This document shows, in pieces, positions 54,563 to 63,167 of a stretch of 63,167 bases of DNA. How positions within the stretch are numbered: position 1 is the first letter of the stretch; every line of letters starts with the position of its first letter. The translations under genes and the position numbers were made by a program. The notes under the pieces were generated by a model. That model was not told where the DNA came from. It did no database searches and was given only the letters and a program-made list of their open reading frames with translations. Source of the DNA: Candidatus Omnitrophota bacterium (GTDB lineage Bacteria; Omnitrophota; Gorgyraeia; Zapsychrales; Zapsychraceae); the NCBI GenBank assembly GCA_015233195.1, contig JADFYE010000013.1, positions 1 through 63,167 of the forward strand, in the 5' to 3' direction.

Positions 54563-55459
54563 ATGAAAGTTGATGTAAAGAAAGTAGATCCAACTCGTCG
54601 TGAATTGAACTTTGAAGTTTCCAAGGAGCGGGTTGCGAAAAAATTGGAAGAAATTATGAATGAGATTTCAAAAGGGGCAAAGATTAAAGGTTTCCGCCCA
54701 GGAAAAGCTCCTCGTAATATAATTGAATCGCAATATGGTAATTTAGCGAAAGAAGAGGTTTTGAAAAAGCTTATACCAGAAGTTTATCAGGAAGCTTTGG
54801 AAAAAGAAAAATTGATGCCGATCGATATGCCGGATATAGTTGATGTGGCATTTAAAGACGGGAAAATTACATTTAAAGCTTCTATGGATATTCGTCCTGA
54901 TGTTACAGTTAAAGATTACAAAGGCATACAAGTAAAGCGTAAAAGCGCGCAAGTGAATGATGAAGACATTCAAAAGACTTTGGAATATTTTAAGCAAGGG
55001 CAGGGAAAAGAAAAAGAAGAAATTAAGATTGATGATACTTTTGCGAACGGTTTAGGTTTTCCGAATTTGGAAGAGCTTAAAAAATCTTTACGCCGTCAAT
55101 TAGAATTAGATAAAGAACGGCAGACCCGGGTGGATCTGGAAAATCAGATCGTAGACGCTGTACTTAAAAAAGTAAAGCTGGTAGTTCCGCAGTCTTTAGT
55201 AAAGAAACAAGTTGAACATCGTATTTTGGAGGTTAAAGAACGTTTGAAGAAACAAGGTATGTCGGATGCTGACATTACTAAAAAAGAAGAAGATATCCGT
55301 AATGATCTTAAAGTTTCAGTAGAGAAAGATATACGGGTTTATTTAGCGTTGGAAAAGATCGCTGAAGAAGAAAAGATTGAGGTAAAACCAGGCGAGAATC
55401 TTCCGGCAAAAGTAGTGGAATTTTTACTAAAAGAAGCTAAGTGGGAGGAGGAAAAGTAA
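54563..55459 (+). CDS. tig: Trigger factor, short form lacking the FKBP/PPIase domain
   Basis: N-domain with the ribosome-binding signature GFRPGKAP. After about aa 150 the sequence continues directly into C-domain-like helices ([34 protein letters not shown]). 298 aa. Followed by clpP. Confidence 0.85.
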   Translation: MKVDVKKVDPTRRELNFEVSKERVAKKLEEIMNEISKGAKIKGFRPGKAPRNIIESQYGNLAKEEVLKKLIPEVYQEALEKEKLMPIDMPDIVDVAFKDGKITFKASMDIRPDVTVKDYKGIQVKRKSAQVNDEDIQKTLEYFKQGQGKEKEEIKIDDTFANGLGFPNLEELKKSLRRQLELDKERQTRVDLENQIVDAVLKKVKLVVPQSLVKKQVEHRILEVKERLKKQGMSDADITKKEEDIRNDLKVSVEKDIRVYLALEKIAEEEKIEVKPGENLPAKVVEFLLKEAKWEEEK

Positions 55460-55460
55460 A

Positions 55461-56066
55461 ATGGATATCCGCAATCAAATGTTGGTTCCTATGGTCATTG
55501 AAAAAACTAGTCACGGTGAACGGGCTTATGATATTTATTCCCGTTTGTTGAAAGACCGGATTATATTTATCGGTACTGCGATTGATGATAATATTGCTAA
55601 TTTAGTTATTGCTCAGCTTTTATTTTTGCAGAGTGAGGATGCGACCAAAGATATTAACATTTATGTTAATTCTCCAGGAGGATCAGTCACTGCCGGGTTA
55701 GCGATTTACGATACTATGCAATTTGTTAAGCCGGATATTTGTACGTATTGCATTGGACAAGCAGCCAGTATGGGATCAGTTTTATTAGCAGCTGGCACCA
55801 AGGGTAAAAGATACTCTTTACCTAATTCTCGTATCATGATCCATCAGCCGTGGGGCGGAGCTCAAGGTTCAGCCAGCGACATATCAATTCAAGCTAAAGA
55901 AATACTGCGGATGCGCGAAGAGCTTAATAAAATATTATCCAAACACAGTGGTCAGCCTCTTTCGAAAATAGAGACTGATTGCGACCGCGATTTTTTTATG
56001 TCAGCCCAAGAATCAAAAGATTATGGTTTAGTCGATGAAGTGGTAATAACTTTAAAAGGAAAATAA
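55461..56066 (+). CDS. clpP: ATP-dependent Clp protease proteolytic subunit
   Basis: [11 protein letters not shown] (Ser), IMIHQP (His), DRDFFM (Asp). Confidence 0.96.
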   Translation: MDIRNQMLVPMVIEKTSHGERAYDIYSRLLKDRIIFIGTAIDDNIANLVIAQLLFLQSEDATKDINIYVNSPGGSVTAGLAIYDTMQFVKPDICTYCIGQAASMGSVLLAAGTKGKRYSLPNSRIMIHQPWGGAQGSASDISIQAKEILRMREELNKILSKHSGQPLSKIETDCDRDFFMSAQESKDYGLVDEVVITLKGK

Positions 56067-56090
56067 TTAAAATAGAAAAGGGTATTTGAA

Positions 56091-57230
56091 ATGGATAGAA
56101 ATTTGTTGTTAACTCCAGGACCAACTCACATTCCACCAGATTTATGCGCGGCTTTAGGTAAGCCGATCATTCATCACCGCACTCCGCAATTTCAGTTGTA
56201 TTTAAAGGAAGTTGCAGAAGGTTTGCAGTATATTTTTCAGACCAAGAGTCATGTTTATCTTTTAGCGAGTTCTGGTACTGGAACAATGGAAGCAGCAGTG
56301 GCTAACGTGGTTAATAAAGGGGATAAAGTAATCACTATCGAAGGCGGTAAATTCGGCGAACGTTGGACTGAGCTTTGCAAAGTTTATGGAGCAGAATGTA
56401 AAGTGGTTCAAGTAAAATGGGGAACAGCGGTCGACGCAAAATTGATCAAAAAAATGTTAGATGAGGATAAATCAATTAAAGCGGTTTTTGCTACTTTAAA
56501 CGAAACCTCGACAGGTGTTACTACTGATATTAAAGCTTTAGGTGAAGTTGTTAATGGCACAAATACTTTATTAGTTGTTGACGCTATCAGTGGTTTAGGG
56601 GTAGTTGATTTTAAAATGGATGAATGGCACGCTGATATTTGCGTGGCAGGCGCGCACAAAGGTTTTATGCTTCCGCCGGGATTAGGGATGGTAGCAGTAA
56701 GTGACAAAGCTATGAAGGTAATTAATGAATGTACTTCTCCCCGCTATTATTTTGATCTGCGTAAATACGAGAAAGCTTATGGGAAAAATGATACGCCATT
56801 TACTCCAGCAATTAATATTATTGTGGCAATGGTTGAGAGTTTAAGAAAAATGCGCGCTGAGGGTTTGGATAATATGTTAAAACGTTTTGATCGTTTAGCA
56901 AAAGGAGTTCGTGCCGCAGCTAAGGCGATGAATTTAACTTTATTAGCTGAAGATTATTGTATTTCAAACGCATTAACTCCGATCATGCTTCCTGAGGGAA
57001 TGGAAGCTAAAAAGGTGGTTAAGACCATGCGTGATGTCTACGGTGTTTCTGTAGCAGCAGGTCAAGGTGATATAGAGAATAAAATCATCCGTATATCGCA
57101 CATGGGTGCTGTTGATGAGTTTGATATGTTAGTTGGTATTGGATGTTTTGAAAAAGTTATGAAACAGATGGGACATAAGTTTGAGTTAGGCGCTGGCTTA
57201 ACTGCAGCACAGAAAGTATACAATGCATAA
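56091..57230 (+). CDS. Class V PLP aminotransferase (serine-glyoxylate / phosphoserine aminotransferase type)
   Basis: LLTPGPT N-terminus, SSGTGTMEAA, AGAHKGFMLPPGLG (PLP-Lys). Adjacent to serA, so it possibly acts as the serC equivalent. Confidence 0.8.
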   Translation: MDRNLLLTPGPTHIPPDLCAALGKPIIHHRTPQFQLYLKEVAEGLQYIFQTKSHVYLLASSGTGTMEAAVANVVNKGDKVITIEGGKFGERWTELCKVYGAECKVVQVKWGTAVDAKLIKKMLDEDKSIKAVFATLNETSTGVTTDIKALGEVVNGTNTLLVVDAISGLGVVDFKMDEWHADICVAGAHKGFMLPPGLGMVAVSDKAMKVINECTSPRYYFDLRKYEKAYGKNDTPFTPAINIIVAMVESLRKMRAEGLDNMLKRFDRLAKGVRAAAKAMNLTLLAEDYCISNALTPIMLPEGMEAKKVVKTMRDVYGVSVAAGQGDIENKIIRISHMGAVDEFDMLVGIGCFEKVMKQMGHKFELGAGLTAAQKVYNA

Positions 57231-57307
57231 AGGCACTTTATCTTTCAGGATAAAGGTCTAGGTACTGTTCCTTTCAGGGATCAGACCAAAAAAAGAAAGG
57301 CTTCACA

Positions 57308-58897
57308 ATGAAAAAGCGGATTTTAATCACTGACAACCTGCAAAAAGAAGGCGTAGAGATACTCAAGGCTGTTCCTGAGTTCGAGGTCGACGTCAAAAAT
57401 GAGGTAAAGCCGGATGAATTAAAGGTGATCCTCAAGAATTATGACGCGATCGTAATCCGAAGCGCTACCAAACTCAAAGCAGATATTATTGAGGCTGCTG
57501 GTAATTTAAAATTTATCGGGCGCGCTGGTGTTGGGTTGGATAATGTTGATCTTCCGGCAGCTACTAAAAAAGGTATTGTTGCTATCAATACTCCGGCAGG
57601 AAACACCACGTCTACAGCGGAACAAACCTGGGGATTGATTATGGCTATATCCCGCAGTATTCCACAGGCTTGTGCGTCGATGAAAGCCGGTCTATGGGAT
57701 CGGAATAAATTTAAAGGGGTTGAACTTTATGGAAAAACTATCGGGATCATTGGTCTAGGTCGGATTGGTTCAACAGTCGCTAAATTTGCTAAGACTTTTG
57801 GCATGACTGTTATAGGCTTTGATCCTTTTCTTCCTGTTGAATTATTTGAACAGCGCGGTGTGACATACGCGACATTAGAAGATCTTTTAAAACGTTCTGA
57901 TTACGTTACTATTCATATTCCTAAAAGTGATGAGACTTCAGATCTTATAGGAGATAAAGAATTTGGATATATGAAAAAAACTGTTTTTGTTATCAATTGT
58001 GCTCGAGGTGGTATTATTAATGAAGCTGCTTTGGGACGAGCTTTGGAACAAAAAAAGATCGCTGGATGCGCATTGGACGTGTTCGAACAAGAACCGCCTG
58101 ATTTTTCATCTGCGTTATTTAAGTTTGATAATTGTATTACCACTCCGCATTTAGGCGCGTCGACTAATGAAGCACAGATTAATGTGGCGATCGAGATTGC
58201 CGAGACGATTAAGAATGCTTTATTAGGTAAAGGAATTATGAACGCGGCAAATTTCCCTGCAGTAGACGCGGAAAGCCAAAAAGTTTTGAATCCGTACATT
58301 AATCTAGCTTTTCGTATGGGAAAATTTGCTGGTCAGCTTGTTAGCGGTGCTATTAAAGAAATTGAAATAGTTTATAGTGGAGTGATGACTGGTTATAAGG
58401 TTGCTCCATTGACTTTATCTTTGGTAAATGGCGTTTTGACTCCGATCCTCGGAGAGACAGTGAATTTTGTCAACGCGCTGGATATGGCAAAAGAACGAGG
58501 CGTCGCAGTTAAAGAAGTTATATCCAAAGCCGAAGAAGAATTCGTCAATTGCATGACCATGAATTTGGTAACGGATAAAGAGAGTTTGAAGATCTGCGGG
58601 ACTTTATCTGCAAATCTACAACCGCGCATTGTTAAAGTTAATAGTGTTTATGTTGAAGCTGTTCCAGAAGGCGGCATGTTGTTTATTAATAACAATGATC
58701 GTCCGGGCGTGGTTGGCATTGTCGGGACAGTTTTAGCAGAAGAGGGTGTAAATATTGCAGGCATTACTTTTGGTCGGGAAAGCCGCGGCGGTTTGGCGAT
58801 TAGTTTAGTAAACGTAGATAGTGAAGTTCCTGAAGCAACTATACAAAAATTGAAGAATACCAAAGATATTTTGTTTGTTAAATATCTGAATGTTTAA
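57308..58897 (+). CDS. serA: D-3-phosphoglycerate dehydrogenase (long form with ASB and ACT domains)
   Basis: GIIGLGRIGSTVA NAD-binding fold, NCARGGII, TPHLGAST. 529 aa with an ACT-like C-terminus. Confidence 0.93.
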   Translation: MKKRILITDNLQKEGVEILKAVPEFEVDVKNEVKPDELKVILKNYDAIVIRSATKLKADIIEAAGNLKFIGRAGVGLDNVDLPAATKKGIVAINTPAGNTTSTAEQTWGLIMAISRSIPQACASMKAGLWDRNKFKGVELYGKTIGIIGLGRIGSTVAKFAKTFGMTVIGFDPFLPVELFEQRGVTYATLEDLLKRSDYVTIHIPKSDETSDLIGDKEFGYMKKTVFVINCARGGIINEAALGRALEQKKIAGCALDVFEQEPPDFSSALFKFDNCITTPHLGASTNEAQINVAIEIAETIKNALLGKGIMNAANFPAVDAESQKVLNPYINLAFRMGKFAGQLVSGAIKEIEIVYSGVMTGYKVAPLTLSLVNGVLTPILGETVNFVNALDMAKERGVAVKEVISKAEEEFVNCMTMNLVTDKESLKICGTLSANLQPRIVKVNSVYVEAVPEGGMLFINNNDRPGVVGIVGTVLAEEGVNIAGITFGRESRGGLAISLVNVDSEVPEATIQKLKNTKDILFVKYLNV

Positions 58898-58899
58898 CT

Positions 58900-60949
<2,050 letters not shown>

Positions 60950-60992
60950 TTGATGTATCTTATTATTTTTAATAGTTTTAGGTAGAAATAGC

Positions 60993-61021
60993 TTGACTTT
61001 AAAAATTGCTTATGTTACTTT
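60993..61021 (+). promoter_or_regulatory. Putative extended -10 promoter for the OmpA-like lipoprotein gene
   Basis: ttgact (60993-60998), 17-nt spacer ending tgt, then tacttt (61016-61021). Confidence 0.3.
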
Positions 61022-61050
61022 TGGAGATTAAGAAAATATAGGAGGATTTT

Positions 61051-61662
61051 ATGAAAAAGGCATTACCATTAGTTTTAATCATTACTACCGCAGCAATGTT
61101 AAGCGGTTGCACCTTTATTTTTCAAAAAGGGCGCAGGGTGGACGTAGAAAAGATCTCAAAACTTCAAAATCAATTATCGGATATGGAACGGGCTAAGCAG
61201 GAATTAGAAGACCGTTTGAAGAATGATATCAGAGATAAGGATGTTAAAGTTGAGATGCTGGATAAAGGGTTGACTATTACTTTCGTGGCTGAAGTTCTTT
61301 TTGATTCTGGTAAAGCTGATCTAAAAGAATATGCTAAAGAAAAATTGCAGAAAGTAGCTGAAGTTTTAAATACAACTGCAAAAGATTATAAGATTGGCAT
61401 TGAAGGTCATACAGATAATGAGCCGATTAAACATTCAGGTTGGAAATCTAATTGGGAATTATCTGCAAATCGCGCTTTGGGCGTGGTGCATTTTATGATT
61501 GATACCGCGAGTTTAGACCCGACTAGGATGAGTGCGATTGCTTATGGCGAATTTCATCCAGTAGCTGAAAATGACAGTAAAGAAGGTCGTCAAAAAAATC
61601 GCAGGGTAGAGATAGTTATTTTGCCAAAAGAAATCAAAAAGGTGAAAGCAAATGGAGAATAG
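61051..61662 (+). CDS. OmpA/MotB-domain lipoprotein (Pal-like peptidoglycan-binding)
   Basis: RBS aggagg. Lipobox AAMLSG|C. Short coiled coil. OmpA_C motifs FDSGKADL, GHTDNEP, NRALGV, NRRVEIVI. Confidence 0.88.
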   Translation: MKKALPLVLIITTAAMLSGCTFIFQKGRRVDVEKISKLQNQLSDMERAKQELEDRLKNDIRDKDVKVEMLDKGLTITFVAEVLFDSGKADLKEYAKEKLQKVAEVLNTTAKDYKIGIEGHTDNEPIKHSGWKSNWELSANRALGVVHFMIDTASLDPTRMSAIAYGEFHPVAENDSKEGRQKNRRVEIVILPKEIKKVKANGE

Positions 61663-62050
61663 TACTACTCGTAAAATAGGTATATTAGTAGCAGTTGTTG
61701 TAATATTGAGCGTGGTGGTAGTGATTCAATTTTACCGTCAAAAAGCAGTTGCTGAAAAGCAGTTGAATGAAGAGCGATATCTACGGATGGTAGCAGAAGA
61801 AAATTTGCAGCAGGTTAAAACTGGTGTTTCTTCGATGGAAACTGAGTTGGACCGGATTAAGAAAAAATCCGGTAATTTGGAAAAAATGTTAGTTGATACT
61901 AAAGCTATGAATTCTGATCTTAAGAAACAGATCGATGATGTTTCAAAACAAAAGGATGAATTGCAGAGCAGGATAGCAGATATCGAAAGTAAGCAGAAAG
62001 CTGAAAAAGATAATGTGCAACCAGCTCAGCCGTTGCCAGTTCAAAAGTAA
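61652..62050 (+). CDS. Membrane-anchored coiled-coil protein
   Basis: Overlaps the OmpA-like gene by 11 nt. TM IGILVAVVVILSVVVVIQF, then about 90 aa of heptad-like E/K/Q-rich sequence, then a Pro-rich tail. Confidence 0.65.
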   Translation: MENSTTRKIGILVAVVVILSVVVVIQFYRQKAVAEKQLNEERYLRMVAEENLQQVKTGVSSMETELDRIKKKSGNLEKMLVDTKAMNSDLKKQIDDVSKQKDELQSRIADIESKQKAEKDNVQPAQPLPVQK

Positions 62051-62091
62051 ATAGATTTTGTGTTGTTTAGAAGATTTTTTGCGGAACCGAT

Positions 62092-62122
62092 ATGGGGGAT
62101 GATTTTATCCCCCATTTCTATT
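62092..62122 (+). terminator. Intrinsic terminator-like hairpin
   Basis: Stem atgggggat/atcccccat (9 bp), loop gatttt, tail ttctatt. Confidence 0.55.
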
Positions 62123-62133
62123 AAAGGATGAAA

Positions 62134-62862
62134 ATGTTTGATTTAGATCCAAAACGCATACCTAAGCATGTTGCCATTATTATGGATGGTAATGGTCGCT
62201 GGGCGAAAAAACATGGTCTTACTCGCCCGCAAGGTCATATTGAGGGAGTGAAACGTGTAGGCGATGTTATGGATTTTTCGAGGGAAACGGGTATTAAGGT
62301 TTTGACTTTGTTTGCGTTCTCAACCGAGAATTGGAAGAGACCGCAAGCTGAAGTTGAGGCGATAATGAAGACTATGTGTATGGCAATAAACGCCCAGATG
62401 CCTAAATTACAAAAAGATAACGTGCGGATACGTTTGTGCGGTCAAAGAGACGGAGTTCCGGAAAAAGTTTTGAATGATCTTGATGCTATAATGCGTAAAA
62501 TGGAAAAAAACACTGGGCTGATAGTTAATTTAGCGTTTAATTATGGCAGTAGAATTGAAATCGTTGACGCTATAAAACATATTGCTCGGGATGTTGTGGT
62601 TGGTAAATTGTCTCAGAAAAACATTACTGAAGAAATAGTTGGAAAATATTTGTATACCAAAGATCTTCCAGACCCGGATTTGTTAATTCGTACGTCAGGA
62701 GAATTAAGAATAAGTAATTTTTTGCTTTGGCAATTATCATATGCTGAACTTTATTTTACGGATGTGTTTTGGCCGGATTTTACAAAAGCAGAGTTTAAAA
62801 AAGCGATATTGGATTATCAGAAACGGGAACGGCGTTTTGGAAAAGTCAGCTTACAGAAATAA
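62134..62862 (+). CDS. uppS: Undecaprenyl diphosphate synthase
   Basis: HVAIIMDGNGRWAKK, FAFSTENWKRP, RTSGELRISNFLLWQ. Start is ATG 62134 (aagga 5 nt upstream) or ATG 62128. Confidence 0.94.
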   Translation: MFDLDPKRIPKHVAIIMDGNGRWAKKHGLTRPQGHIEGVKRVGDVMDFSRETGIKVLTLFAFSTENWKRPQAEVEAIMKTMCMAINAQMPKLQKDNVRIRLCGQRDGVPEKVLNDLDAIMRKMEKNTGLIVNLAFNYGSRIEIVDAIKHIARDVVVGKLSQKNITEEIVGKYLYTKDLPDPDLLIRTSGELRISNFLLWQLSYAELYFTDVFWPDFTKAEFKKAILDYQKRERRFGKVSLQK

Positions 62863-62871
62863 GGATTTAAA

Positions 62872-63126
62872 ATGTTAAAAAGAGTTCTTTCATCAACGAT
62901 AATTGTACCATTGGTCATTGTTGGTCTTTTTAACAAGTGGGCGTTGTTAGGTTTGGTATTATTTTTTACTCTTGGAGGTTTATATGAATTTTTTCATATG
63001 GCTAAAAAGAAAGGCATACCAATCTACGACTATACTGGTATTTTTTCTCCGGGGCAAATATCGAAAAATAACTATGCACATTGCATTCATATGGATGCCC
63101 AACATCTTTTAGTCTTAATCGTTTAG
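62872..63126 (+). pseudogene. cdsA: Phosphatidate cytidylyltransferase (CdsA), N-terminal fragment only; apparently interrupted
   Basis: The first roughly 58 aa are CdsA-like (SSTIIVPLVIVGLF...LGGLYEFFHMAKKKGIPIY) and synteny after uppS fits. Beyond about nt 63045 the hydrophobic character is lost, and a stop follows at codon 85. Confidence 0.45.
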
Positions 63127-63167
63127 GATCTGTGAACATACCTTTTACTTTAGTTTTTATTTCGTCG

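Overview
This window is a chromosomal, mostly housekeeping segment from an AT-leaning diderm (LPS-producing) bacterium. Nearly all genes are on the + strand and tightly packed, with many ATGA or 4-nt overlaps. In order it contains: a large GH94-like protein; a complete MoxR-DUF58-DUF4381-BatA-E aerotolerance-type operon; lpxB (-) divergent from msbA; rpsB-tsf-pyrH-frr; tRNA-Lys(UUU), tRNA-Leu(UAG) and tRNA-Gly(GCC); a regulatory PTS module (EIIA-Ntr-like, YvcK-like, HPr, EI); a sugar-phosphate nucleotidyltransferase; metK-ahcY; ilvC-leuA-aroE; a prepilin peptidase convergent with three paralogous pilin-like genes (-); aroK-dprA-topA; and xerC. A roughly 19-kb LPS block follows: waaA, lpxK, an LpxL-ELM1 fusion, a GT4-GT9 fusion, GT4, three GT9 genes, an exported 872-aa protein of unknown function, hldA, kdsB-kdsA-kdsD-kdsC, one LptC/LptA-like gene and lptB. 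The window ends with tig-clpP, aminotransferase-serA, purA, an OmpA-like lipoprotein, uppS and an apparently broken cdsA. I saw no CRISPR array, recognisable IS element, prophage or defence island. The most unusual items are: (1) the exported protein with two degenerate GHKL ATPase-like modules at the end of the LPS-core glycosyltransferase operon; (2) two families of about 120-170 nt rod-like hairpin repeats in transcribed intergenic spacers, whose copies differ by compensatory base-pair changes; (3) several domain fusions or losses in envelope and chaperone genes (LpxL-ELM1, GT4-GT9, LptC-LptA, a trigger factor without a PPIase domain); and (4) a pilin trio with Ala instead of Gly at the -1 processing position. 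All family assignments come from motif recognition by eye; no searches were run.
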